A DNA stretch of 64,000 bases from Nitrososphaerota archaeon (GTDB lineage Archaea; Thermoproteota; Nitrososphaeria; Nitrososphaerales; Nitrosopumilaceae): NCBI GenBank assembly GCA_028866655.1, contig JAGWHQ010000004.1, forward strand, positions 7,674 through 71,673. The letters run 5' to 3'. Under the pieces are notes generated by a model that saw nothing but the letters and a program-made list of their open reading frames with translations, was not told the origin of the DNA and did not search any database. The position numbers and the translations under genes are program-made. Shown piece by piece: positions 29,274 to 38,646 of the stretch. How positions within the stretch are numbered: position 1 is the first letter of the stretch; each line of letters begins with the position of its first letter.

Positions 29274-30191
29274 TTATTGAGAATCAATTTTTTGAACAGA
29301 CTGTTTTGGGATATTAAGTTCTTGAAATGTGTCAGGATGAATTATCTTGGTCAAAATTTCAAGACCTGTTACAGTTCTTGGACCTGGTTTGCTAAAGTAC
29401 TCATTTGCATTCACTGCATAAACTTCTCCTCTGGTTACTGCCTTGATATTTTTCCATTTGTTGTTTTCAAGTAATTTTTCATATTCATCAAGTGTTCGTG
29501 ATACATCAAATCCACATGGCATTAGAATTATGATATCAGGATCAAATTGTATCATTTCTTCAATCTGTATTTTTCTTGATCTGTCTCCAGTTGCGCTTAT
29601 TCCGTTTATTCCACCTGCAATTTCCACCATTTGAGGAACCCAATGGCCTGCTGAGAAGAACGGATCAAGCCATTCTATGCATAACACCTTTGGTCTTGAA
29701 ATTTTTGGGGTATTTTTGATATAGTCAATTCTTTTCTTTAATTTTATAACAAAGTCTTTTGCCTTGTCTTGTTTTCCTACTTTATCTCCTACCTCAATGA
29801 TGTTTTCCAGTATGCCGTCAAGATTTTTTGGATCTAGAACAAGGACCTCTGGTTTGCCTCCAAGCAGTGTGACTGCTTTGTTTATCTCTCTTGTATAAGG
29901 GGAACATACTTCACAGATTCCTTGAGCTACAATCAGATCTGGATTTGCTTGCTTGAGGACTTGTTCATCTAATATGTAGATGTCTTTTCCTGCATTTACT
30001 AGTTCCATTACCTTGCTGTCAATTTCTTGGCTAGACATTTTTTCTGGGTCAAAGGAGGAATGGATAACCCTTGGCTTTGCCTTGGCCTCTGTTGGATAAT
30101 TGCATTCATGTGTTACTGCTAATACTTGATCTCCCACTCCTAGCTCATACAATATTTCAGTTGCACTTGGAAGAAAGGAGACTAGTTTCAT
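29274..30191 (-). CDS. BtuF-like cobalamin/iron-chelate binding protein, no signal peptide
   Basis: VSFLPSATEILYELG, THEC, PDLIV, EWLDP...GHWVP, RPGPR-like KPGPR. Confidence 0.85.
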   Translation of the reverse strand: MKLVSFLPSATEILYELGVGDQVLAVTHECNYPTEAKAKPRVIHSSFDPEKMSSQEIDSKVMELVNAGKDIYILDEQVLKQANPDLIVAQGICEVCSPYTREINKAVTLLGGKPEVLVLDPKNLDGILENIIEVGDKVGKQDKAKDFVIKLKKRIDYIKNTPKISRPKVLCIEWLDPFFSAGHWVPQMVEIAGGINGISATGDRSRKIQIEEMIQFDPDIIILMPCGFDVSRTLDEYEKLLENNKWKNIKAVTRGEVYAVNANEYFSKPGPRTVTGLEILTKIIHPDTFQELNIPKQSVQKIDSQ

Positions 30192-30305
30192 AGATGTATC
30201 ATCTATGATATTTGTTTTAAACATGTATTCAAGTTTTAGATGATTACAAATTTCTCTTATACATATTCCTCAAAACTTAAGAATAGCCAAGGCTCGATTT
30301 GGTTG

Positions 30306-31181
30306 ATGATTGATTTTACAGTTATTGGTGGACCGTCTTCAGAACAATTAGCAAAAAAGATTGCCTCTAAATTAAAATCAAAGTTTATCAGTTGTGAACT
30401 GCGGACCTTTCCAGACGGGGAAAGCAAGGTCACACTCAAGGGAAAACCTAGTGGAAAGATTCTGGTAGTACAATCAATCTATCCTCCAGTTGACTCGAAC
30501 CTGCTTCGCTGTCTTGCAATAACATCGCAAGCAAGGACATTTTCTTCTCACGTGTATGTTATCATACCATATATCGGATATGCAAGACAAGACAGGCAAT
30601 TTCTTCCAGGCGAGATTATTACAATGGAACTTGTTGCAAAAATGTTCAAGTCGGCAGGTGCAACCAAGGTAATTGTGGTTGATATCCACAGTACTACCGC
30701 ACTAGAGCATTTCCAGATTCCTGCAAAAAATATCAGTGCAGTTGAAGAGCTTGCAAAACATTTCAAGAAAATGTCACTTAACTCTCCTCTTGTAGTATCA
30801 CCAGACAAGGGAGGAGTAGAACGAGCAAGAAACTTTGCAAAATCACTCGGTGTTGATTATATCGCACTAGAAAAACACAGAGACCGAAAGACTGGAAATG
30901 TTGCAATAAAATCCAAAGGCCTTGATGGAGTCAAGGGTCGAGACATTATACTAGTTGATGACATGATAAGTACTGGAGGCAGCATTGTAAAAGCTGCAGA
31001 ATTTTTAAAGAAACAAAAAGGCGGCAAGATCTATGCATGCTGCACACATGCATTACTAATTGGAGATGCAGAGAAAAATATCATAAAAGCTGGAGTTACA
31101 AAGATAATCAGCACAAATACCATACCAGGTAAGACATCAGTTGTTGATGTCTCATCAATAATTGCAAAGGCAATAACCTGA
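30306..31181 (+). CDS. prs: Ribose-phosphate pyrophosphokinase
   Basis: FPDGES, YARQDR, VSPDKGG, VDDMISTGG; start probably ATG 30306. Confidence 0.95.
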   Translation: MIDFTVIGGPSSEQLAKKIASKLKSKFISCELRTFPDGESKVTLKGKPSGKILVVQSIYPPVDSNLLRCLAITSQARTFSSHVYVIIPYIGYARQDRQFLPGEIITMELVAKMFKSAGATKVIVVDIHSTTALEHFQIPAKNISAVEELAKHFKKMSLNSPLVVSPDKGGVERARNFAKSLGVDYIALEKHRDRKTGNVAIKSKGLDGVKGRDIILVDDMISTGGSIVKAAEFLKKQKGGKIYACCTHALLIGDAEKNIIKAGVTKIISTNTIPGKTSVVDVSSIIAKAIT

Positions 31182-32114
31182 ATGTCAAGCTTTTTTGTAT
31201 TACAGAAACAATACGAAGACCTTGCAAGGGATGAGATAATTGCAATATCAAAAAGTTATGATCCAAAGTCAAACATAAAATCAGAGCCAAGACTTGTCAT
31301 GGTATCATCAAAGGTTCCATGGCAAAAGATAGCAAGCAGGGCAACATTTGCAAGATATTCTGGAACCATAGAAAATACATTTGATGATATTACAAAAATC
31401 GACTTGTCTATACCTACACCAAAATCATTTGTATGCAGGACAATAAACTTGTCATCAAAAAATACAGGCTCGTCTGCACTTGAAAGACAAGCAGGTGGGA
31501 TACTCTCAAAAAGATGGGGCTCCAAGGTTTCCCTCTCAAACCCTCATGTTATAGTATATCTCATCATTACAGATTCCAAAAAATATCTAGGATATGCAGA
31601 CTGTCAGATTTCACCAAGTCATCCAAAAAAGATAATCAAGCACCCGCATGAACTTGATACAAAACTTGCAAGATGTATTGTTAATTTATCAGGATTAAAG
31701 GAAAAAGACACTCTCTGTGATCCTTTTTGTGGCACTGGAACAATTTTGCTTGAAGCTGAATCCATGGGGATTAATGGTATCGGAATGGATTTTGATAAAA
31801 CAATGTGCAAGATAACAAGAAAGAACTTGGCTGCAAATGGATTTGATTCCCAGGTGATAAATTCTGGCTATGAAAAAATACAGGACATCATGGGTACAAT
31901 AGACGGTATTGTTACCGACTTGCCATATGGAATATCATCAAGGTCATCTGTCTCTCCAAAGAAATTGATTCAAGATTTTGTCTCAGTCATACCAAAGAGA
32001 AAAAAACTTGTAATTGTATACAAGAAGGGTCTTGAAGTGGATGATATCAGCAAAGCAAAGAAATACGAGATCTACAGACACAAGAGCTTGACAAGAGTGA
32101 TTGCGGTAAGATGA
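31182..32114 (+). CDS. THUMP-domain tRNA guanine-N2 methyltransferase (Trm11/TrmG10-like)
   Basis: [11 protein letters not shown] motif, TDLPYG. Confidence 0.8.
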   Translation: MSSFFVLQKQYEDLARDEIIAISKSYDPKSNIKSEPRLVMVSSKVPWQKIASRATFARYSGTIENTFDDITKIDLSIPTPKSFVCRTINLSSKNTGSSALERQAGGILSKRWGSKVSLSNPHVIVYLIITDSKKYLGYADCQISPSHPKKIIKHPHELDTKLARCIVNLSGLKEKDTLCDPFCGTGTILLEAESMGINGIGMDFDKTMCKITRKNLAANGFDSQVINSGYEKIQDIMGTIDGIVTDLPYGISSRSSVSPKKLIQDFVSVIPKRKKLVIVYKKGLEVDDISKAKKYEIYRHKSLTRVIAVR

Positions 32115-33010
32115 AGCTAGTATTTTTGGGAACATCAGCAGCACAACCAACTGCAGAGCGTGGCATGACATGCATCTGTTTGGTACTTGACAGGGAGATA
32201 CTGATGTTTGATGCAGGAGAAGGCGCACAGATTGCATTTTCAAAAGCTAAACTTGGCTGGAATAAAAAAATGAAAATATTTGTGACACACTTACATGGAG
32301 ACCATTGTGTTGGGATACTTGGCCTATTGCAGACCATGTCGTTGCAGAACAGGACAGAGTCTGTTGACATCTACGGTCCAACTGGAATTGAAGAGTTTAT
32401 CGCGGCAAATCTCAAGATACTAAATTTTGGCCTGACATTTCCTGTCAGAATAACTAGAATCAAGGAGGGACTAGTCTTTGATGATTCTGGATTTAGCGTT
32501 CACGTATGTGAGGCAGAGCATTCCATTCCTGCCTACTCGTATTTATTTACAGAAAAAGACAGGCCTGGCAAGTTTTATCCTGAGAAAGCAAAGGAGCTTG
32601 GCATCCCAGAGGGAAAGCTCTGGCATGATCTTCAAAGCGGCAATGAGGTAAAAGTTGGTGATAAACTGGTAAGACCATCTGATGTAACTGGAGAAAAACG
32701 TCATGGCATCAAGATTGGCATATCAGGGGACACAAGACCTACTGCCAAGCTTGTAGAATTTTTCAAGGGTTGCAATTACATGACATTTGATTCTACATAT
32801 TCTGATGCATTACAAGACAAGGCAAAAGAGAATTTCCACTCGACATCAAAGGAAGCAGCAGAGCTTGCCAAAAAAGCAGGTGTCTTAAATCTTATCTTGA
32901 CACACTTTTCTGCAAGGTATGAAGATGTGCAAGAGCTTGTCAATGAAGCAAAGACAATTCATGATTCCGTTACTGCTGCAAAAGATCTCTTAGAGATTGA
33001 CATCAAGTGA
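32111..33010 (+). CDS. rnz: Ribonuclease Z
   Basis: FLGTSA, THLHGDH, exosite [23 protein letters not shown]. Confidence 0.95.
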   Translation: MKLVFLGTSAAQPTAERGMTCICLVLDREILMFDAGEGAQIAFSKAKLGWNKKMKIFVTHLHGDHCVGILGLLQTMSLQNRTESVDIYGPTGIEEFIAANLKILNFGLTFPVRITRIKEGLVFDDSGFSVHVCEAEHSIPAYSYLFTEKDRPGKFYPEKAKELGIPEGKLWHDLQSGNEVKVGDKLVRPSDVTGEKRHGIKIGISGDTRPTAKLVEFFKGCNYMTFDSTYSDALQDKAKENFHSTSKEAAELAKKAGVLNLILTHFSARYEDVQELVNEAKTIHDSVTAAKDLLEIDIK

Positions 33011-33735
33011 AAATGTGGGATATCATATCTAACAAATTAAGACAGGCAGAAAAAATTGTATTTGTAACAGGAGCAGGAATTTCCCAAGAGAGTGGAATTC
33101 CTACATTTCGCGGAAAAGATGGTTTCTGGAGAAAGTACGATCCAATGAAGCTTGCAACAATAGATGCATTCTATGAAGATCCAAAACTTGTATGGGAATG
33201 GTATGAAGAGAGGAGAAAAAACATTCTAGATGCAAATCCAAACCTTGGTCATGTTTCCATTGCAGAACTTGAAAAACATAAAAAAATTTCTGTCCTGACA
33301 CAAAACATTGATGGTCTTCATCAGAAGGCCGGAAGCTCGCATGTTTACGAATTGCATGGAAGTATCATTACAATCAAGTGCACCGTATGTGATTTCAAAG
33401 ATTCCATCACATCTGGATTTTCTCATCTTCCACCACTCTGCAAATGTGGAAACATACTGCGACCTGATGTTGTATGGTTTGGTGAAGCTTTACCGCAGGA
33501 TGTGTGGAAGTCTGCAATGGAAGAGGCAGTCTCTTGTGACATCATGATTGTTGTTGGAACCTCACTTGTAGTATCTCCTGCAAATCTATTGCCAGTATAT
33601 GCCAAGCAAAATGGAGCCACTCTAGTTGAGGTAAATATTGAGGATACTCCCATGTCGTCAAACATGGACCTGTCCCTTAGGACCTCTGCTGCAAAGGCAC
33701 TTCCAGGACTAGTTGATATTGTATCCAGGCTCTAG
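33007..33735 (+). CDS. cobB: NAD-dependent protein deacylase (sirtuin)
   Basis: [23 protein letters not shown], Zn CxxC pairs, RPDVVWFGE. Confidence 0.95.
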   Translation: MKMWDIISNKLRQAEKIVFVTGAGISQESGIPTFRGKDGFWRKYDPMKLATIDAFYEDPKLVWEWYEERRKNILDANPNLGHVSIAELEKHKKISVLTQNIDGLHQKAGSSHVYELHGSIITIKCTVCDFKDSITSGFSHLPPLCKCGNILRPDVVWFGEALPQDVWKSAMEEAVSCDIMIVVGTSLVVSPANLLPVYAKQNGATLVEVNIEDTPMSSNMDLSLRTSAAKALPGLVDIVSRL

Positions 33736-33850
33736 TTTGTGTTTTTTCAGATTAATTTGATTAGTTGTGAGTAAAATGTTGATTATTTTGGATATGAGAA
33801 CAATAATTTATACAAAATAAAATATATTCATGTAAGAAATCATACTAATT

Positions 33851-33858
33851 ATTAAATA
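33851..33858 (+). promoter_or_regulatory. TATA box of element E2 (ATTAAATA)
   Basis: Ends 23 nt before the conserved ATGC at 33881, same spacing as E1. Confidence 0.55.
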
Positions 33859-33880
33859 AGAGAATAACGTATAAAGAACA

Positions 33881-34024
33881 ATGCGGAAAGATGCAAATTC
33901 TGGCAAATGAATTTGCGTGATCCTGTGAAAAATGGTACATAGTGAAGTACAATTCGTTGTACGAAGCGGCAAGAGAAAGCTTTTGCCTATACAGGGTCAC
34001 GCCATCACACCTTTTCCTGTTTTT
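33881..34024 (+). ncRNA. Candidate structured RNA, element E2 (homologue of E1)
   Basis: ATGCGGAAAGATGCAAA 5' motif; 12-bp stem 33915-33926/33991-34002; GTACAA-TTCG-TTGTAC; GGCAAGAG-AAAG-CTTTTGCC; 3' T-tracts. Confidence 0.7.
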
Positions 34025-34066
34025 ATAAAATTCAAGTTCAATCGATACTGAAATTTTCTTTGTATT

Positions 34067-34939
34067 TTATTGTGATAAAATTCCAGTTATGGTAGAATTT
34101 TGCACATCTGATGGTGCATATGCAGATGCATGCAATGTTCCGTAAATTGCATTGTTTATTGTCATTTCTATGATGTGTGGAGTGTTTGGAACATCGTTAA
34201 CCTGGGTTGAAAACTGGGAAGAATAAAATGTTCCAGAGAACAAGACAGTGTCACTGTTTTTCATTGTGACTGTAACTGATTTTGTCTGGCCAGATGTATC
34301 ATCAAAATTTAACACTGCATTGTTTCCTTGGTTTACCATGGTAAGCTTGACTGTTTGATAGTAAGATGGAAGAGATGGTAAGGTAGTTGAGCTTGTACCA
34401 CCATCACTAGAATAAGGAGAGATTATCAGACCACTTGGAACATCTACTGGTGGAGAATTTGGTTTTGCTGTAAGTTTTGTTACCTGCACAGGATCATCTA
34501 CATTTGATTGACATTGATCAAGTTGAATTATTCCAGTTAGCTGTTTTATTCCATTTATTGTCTGGGCCAATTCTGGAACAGAGATTTGACATGTATTACC
34601 ATTTTTTTCAAAGACCTGTCCAGTATAGTTTTGTCGAGATACATATTGTGGAGCAAGTTGATAAACAGAAGTTGAATTGTTATTTGGAGCCATATTTAGA
34701 ATAGAATTTGCACTAGACAATATACCAGAATTGTTTTCAAGCAATTTTGCACCAAGGCCTACGTCCTTGACTGCTAGCTTGGAATCATTAATCACTTGCT
34801 TGCTGGTTGCAACTTGATCAATCTTGCCTTTTACAGTATCAATTGATGATGGTATTTTCTGAAAGAATTTTGATGAGCTTGGTACAAAGATAGCTACTGC
34901 AGCTATAATGATTCCAATAATGATCAGTTTACCTATCAA
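34067..34939 (-). CDS. Membrane-anchored exported hypothetical protein
   Basis: N-terminal TM, S/T/P/N-rich beta domains. Confidence 0.7.
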   Translation of the reverse strand: MIGKLIIIGIIIAAVAIFVPSSSKFFQKIPSSIDTVKGKIDQVATSKQVINDSKLAVKDVGLGAKLLENNSGILSSANSILNMAPNNNSTSVYQLAPQYVSRQNYTGQVFEKNGNTCQISVPELAQTINGIKQLTGIIQLDQCQSNVDDPVQVTKLTAKPNSPPVDVPSGLIISPYSSDGGTSSTTLPSLPSYYQTVKLTMVNQGNNAVLNFDDTSGQTKSVTVTMKNSDTVLFSGTFYSSQFSTQVNDVPNTPHIIEMTINNAIYGTLHASAYAPSDVQNSTITGILSQ

Positions 34940-35007
34940 ACAGTTACTTTTCTTGAGGTATTCATAAAAAAGCGCAAATGCACACTAGTTGAGCAAGTGT
35001 AGTAAAT

Positions 35008-35430
35008 TTATCCAGTTATTTGAGTCAGATCAGGTGCAAGCCAGTCCACTACCTTCTCAAGGTCCTTTGAATGAAGTATCACCTTGATTGGGCCCATGGC
35101 AGACTCTTCTGCTTCCTCGCATACTGCAATTATATCCACATAGGCTGCCTGCTTGTTGAGGTAAAACCAAGTGGTGTCTCCTTTTGTATTAAATCGCATC
35201 TGTCTTCGGTAGATCTTGTTGGTTCGATGTTTTTTGATTGTCTCTTGGATTTTTACAAGCGATTCCAACTGGTTTGAGGTTGCCTTGATGCTTCCTTCCT
35301 TGTATTGGTAATCTGTTTCTAGTATGACATGCGATACAGCAAGTCTGACTTTATCTGGATCTTCGGATGGATTTACTGCTGCATAGACTTCGATCTTGCA
35401 GGTAACATTTGGAATCTTCAATTCATCCAA
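35008..35430 (-). CDS. UPF0201 RNA-binding protein (ribosomal L5-like fold)
   Basis: VNPSEDPDKV, FYLNKQAAYV, MGPIKV. Confidence 0.85.
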   Translation of the reverse strand: MDELKIPNVTCKIEVYAAVNPSEDPDKVRLAVSHVILETDYQYKEGSIKATSNQLESLVKIQETIKKHRTNKIYRRQMRFNTKGDTTWFYLNKQAAYVDIIAVCEEAEESAMGPIKVILHSKDLEKVVDWLAPDLTQITG

Positions 35431-35963
35431 CCTTTGATGACTCGATATGAAGCGTCAACAAGTTCTTGAATTGTCATGTTGTTATTTGAAATTGTTTCGT
35501 CTGCAAGTGCAATTGATTCGCTCATGCCCACTCCAATTTCTCTTGAATCCCTTTTTGTAAAATCTTCACGATCAGATGGAGCATCAGATCTGCCCCTTTC
35601 TGTTAGGAATTTGTATCGTATATCACCAGATGCATGGATTGCAAGAACTTTGACTGTACCAATTTTTTTCAATACATCAACTTCTGCAAGTGATCGTACC
35701 CCATCTACAAGTATAACATCAGACTTGGAATTTTGTATTCCATCTTTTATGAGCTCAGCCACTGCACCTGGACCATTTTTTTCTCGCAGCTCAATCATAA
35801 GCTTGCCAAGATTAGCCCCTGTTGGATCTATCTGTCTTCTTGTTGCTTCTGCCCTTACAGCATCACCCATTGTAATTTTATCAAAGCCTTTTGATTTCAA
35901 ACCCTCAGCTATTGTGGTCTTTCCAGCTCCTGGCATTCCTGTAAGACATACGATTAGTTTCAC
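35418..35963 (-). CDS. P-loop nucleotide kinase (COG0237, dephospho-CoA kinase-like)
   Basis: LTGMPGAGKT, MGDAVR, DGVRS, ERGRSD; start probably GTG 35963. Confidence 0.8.
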   Translation of the reverse strand: MKLIVCLTGMPGAGKTTIAEGLKSKGFDKITMGDAVRAEATRRQIDPTGANLGKLMIELREKNGPGAVAELIKDGIQNSKSDVILVDGVRSLAEVDVLKKIGTVKVLAIHASGDIRYKFLTERGRSDAPSDREDFTKRDSREIGVGMSESIALADETISNNNMTIQELVDASYRVIKGWMN

Positions 35964-36036
35964 ACTCACAAACTTTATCCTCCAGTCTATGAAGCTACCG
36001 GAAATTATTATAGATGCCACAATCTGAATTCCACTA

Positions 36037-36576
36037 ATGCGTGCCTTTATTGCAGTAGAGATTCAGGATGAGAGTGTACTTGATGCAATTACCAAGATTC
36101 AATCTGAATTCAAGATAAGGGCAACACCAGTAAACAAAAAAAATATGCATTTTACATTGCTTTTCTTGGGAGAGATAACAGAAGAGACTGCTGCAAATGT
36201 AAAAAAAGCACTAGATACAATTTCATTTAAAAAAATAGATGTAAACTTTACACATGTTGGAGCATTTCCAAATCCAAGATCTGTACGAGTTATTTGGATT
36301 GGCGTAGATGAAACATCTTCAAAACAGTTGGTAGAGCTTGCAATGCAAGTAGAAAAAAAATTGTCGCCTCTTGGATTTAGGTCTGACAAGCCTTTCAAGC
36401 CACACCTAACAATATTTAGAATAAAGAACAAGATAGATGATATTTCAGACATGATGGAAAAATTCAAGAAAATTGATCTAGGAAGATATACCATGACAGA
36501 ATTAAAGTTCAAGCAAAGCATCTTAACCCCTAGCGGGCCAATATACTCTGATTTACAGGTGATTTTAGCTAAATGA
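36037..36576 (+). CDS. thpR: RNA 2',3'-cyclic phosphodiesterase (2H family)
   Basis: MRAFIAV, HFTL and HLTI motifs, GPIY. Confidence 0.93.
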   Translation: MRAFIAVEIQDESVLDAITKIQSEFKIRATPVNKKNMHFTLLFLGEITEETAANVKKALDTISFKKIDVNFTHVGAFPNPRSVRVIWIGVDETSSKQLVELAMQVEKKLSPLGFRSDKPFKPHLTIFRIKNKIDDISDMMEKFKKIDLGRYTMTELKFKQSILTPSGPIYSDLQVILAK

Positions 36577-37907
36577 GGAACGTTCTGGAGCAGGCAAGAA
36601 AGATATCAATTCCCACAAGACAAGAAGAGGAAAAGATAGAAGCACTTGCAAAAAGTCTTCTTGACTTGGTAAAAAAAGAGATTGTAAAATATCCAGAGAT
36701 CAGCTCAGTAGAGCTTGGTGGATCTTTTGCAAAAGGAACTTGGCTCAAGGGCAAGCTAGACCTTGACATTTTTGTCAAGATGAAAAAAGACACAAACGAA
36801 AAACAATTCGAAGAGATTGGCAGAGAAATTGGTTTTGAATCCATGAAAAAGTTTGGCCCCTATGTTAGATATTCAGAACATCCATACGTTGAGGCAGTAG
36901 TTCAATGCACCAAGGTAAATGTCGTTCCTTGCTATGATGTGGAAATAGGTCAGTGGAAGAGTGCAGCTGACAGGTCATCGTTTCATACCAAATTCATACT
37001 TGAAAAATTAGATGCAGAAAAAAAGAATGAGGTAAGACTGCTCAAAAAGTTTCTCAGGGGAATTGGAATCTATGGTGCAGAAATTGCAATAGAAGGGTTT
37101 GGAGGATATGTCTCTGAGGTTTTAATTTACCATTACGGAAGTTTTATGAAAACTTTGGAGGCTGCCGCAAACTTTTCCCAAGGACAAATCATTGGTAGCC
37201 CCACAAAAAAATTTGAGACAGCATTAGTATTGATAGACCCAATAGATAGCAACAGGAATCTTGGTACTGCAATCTCTGCTCAAAACCTTGGCAAGTTCAT
37301 ACTTGCAGCAAGGGCATATCTGAAAAAACCTTCACTTGAATTTTTCAATGGTAAAAAATTGTTGCCAAACACAAAGAACCTACAAAATGTTCTAGTTGTC
37401 AAGTTCAAGTACAAACCTAGAAGTCCTGATATCATTTGGGGTCAGGTAAAAAGGGGGGCAACTGCACTTTCTGGCCAACTTGAGCTTGGTGGATTTCAGG
37501 TATTGCGTAAGGGTGCCATAACAGATGAAAAGTCAGAGGCTGCAATGCTTTTCCTATTACATTCTACAACAATTGAAAAATTCATGGTCAAAAATGGTCC
37601 AGACGTATTTAGAAAACCAGAATCAGAGAACTTTATTTTGAGAAATTCCAAGAATAACATAACCTGGGTTGACGAACAAGGAAGGATCTTGTCACTGCAG
37701 CAAAGAGAATTTTATGATGCAAAAAAATTCCTCCAGTCACTTTTGAAGAAAAATCTGACAAAAGCAGGCATCCCAAGCGGTATTATTTCAGACATGAAAT
37801 GTGGCTTTGTGATATCAGTGGGTCATCAGGTGACAAGCAAATCCATTAAAAAGGCTCTGGCTGAGTTAACCTCTACCAATGAACTCATCTTTGGTTCCAA
37901 CAAGTAA
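36573..37907 (+). CDS. cca: Archaeal class I CCA-adding enzyme
   Basis: GSFAKGTWLKGKLDLDIF, EHPYV, DRSSFH, GFGGYVSE, IDPIDSNRN. Confidence 0.95.
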   Translation: MRNVLEQARKISIPTRQEEEKIEALAKSLLDLVKKEIVKYPEISSVELGGSFAKGTWLKGKLDLDIFVKMKKDTNEKQFEEIGREIGFESMKKFGPYVRYSEHPYVEAVVQCTKVNVVPCYDVEIGQWKSAADRSSFHTKFILEKLDAEKKNEVRLLKKFLRGIGIYGAEIAIEGFGGYVSEVLIYHYGSFMKTLEAAANFSQGQIIGSPTKKFETALVLIDPIDSNRNLGTAISAQNLGKFILAARAYLKKPSLEFFNGKKLLPNTKNLQNVLVVKFKYKPRSPDIIWGQVKRGATALSGQLELGGFQVLRKGAITDEKSEAAMLFLLHSTTIEKFMVKNGPDVFRKPESENFILRNSKNNITWVDEQGRILSLQQREFYDAKKFLQSLLKKNLTKAGIPSGIISDMKCGFVISVGHQVTSKSIKKALAELTSTNELIFGSNK

Positions 37908-38646
37908 GCTTGTCAAAGAACCATACTCTCTGATACTAGGATACCCCAAGGCAACAAAGGGTGAGCTTGCAAAAAGGCTTGTCGAGCTTAAAAAACTTGG
38001 AATTACCGGAGTCATGTTCGAGGGTGAGACAATTTTGAACAACATCCATGTACTTGGCAAGGGCTATGTTGGAGTTGTTGTATTATCAAGGCTTGGCAAA
38101 AAAAATGTAGCCCTCAAGATTCGTAGAATAGATTCTAGCAGACAAGAGATGAAAAGCGAAGCAAAACTTCTCAAGATTGCAAACAAGGAAAACATAGGTC
38201 CAAAATTGATAAGCAGTAGTAAAAATTTCTTGGTAATGGAATATCTTGAAGGTAAAAAAATAACTGACTGGGTACAAGATCTAAAAGGTAGAGGAAGCGC
38301 TGCAACATTTAGATCTGTTGTAAGACAAGTCTTGGAAGATTGTCACACCTTGGATAGGATTCATCTTGATCATGGAGAGCTTAGCTACATCCACAAGCAT
38401 GTCATTGTAGGAAAATCTCCATGCTTGATTGATTTTGAAAGCTCTAGTACAAACAGGAGAACTTCAAATGTTACATCTGCAACTCAATCAATATTCATAG
38501 GATCTGTACTTGCAAATATCGTCAAAAATATGATCAAGATACCAAGCAAGAAAAAGATGATAGGTCCTCTCAAAAAATACAAGCATGACCAATCAAGAGA
38601 AAATTTTGATGCCATATTGAAGATGTTGGGGTTGGACAAGAGTTGA
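37879..38646 (+). CDS. RIO/atypical Ser/Thr kinase-like protein
   Basis: LGKGYVGVV, VALKIRR, HGELS, IDFE. Confidence 0.75.
   Translation: MNSSLVPTSKLVKEPYSLILGYPKATKGELAKRLVELKKLGITGVMFEGETILNNIHVLGKGYVGVVVLSRLGKKNVALKIRRIDSSRQEMKSEAKLLKIANKENIGPKLISSSKNFLVMEYLEGKKITDWVQDLKGRGSAATFRSVVRQVLEDCHTLDRIHLDHGELSYIHKHVIVGKSPCLIDFESSSTNRRTSNVTSATQSIFIGSVLANIVKNMIKIPSKKKMIGPLKKYKHDQSRENFDAILKMLGLDKS

Noticed and set aside
33915-34002. Hammerhead ribozyme interpretation of E1/E2 (similar three-way topology)
   Set aside because: The CUGANGA and GAAA core sequences are not present in either copy.
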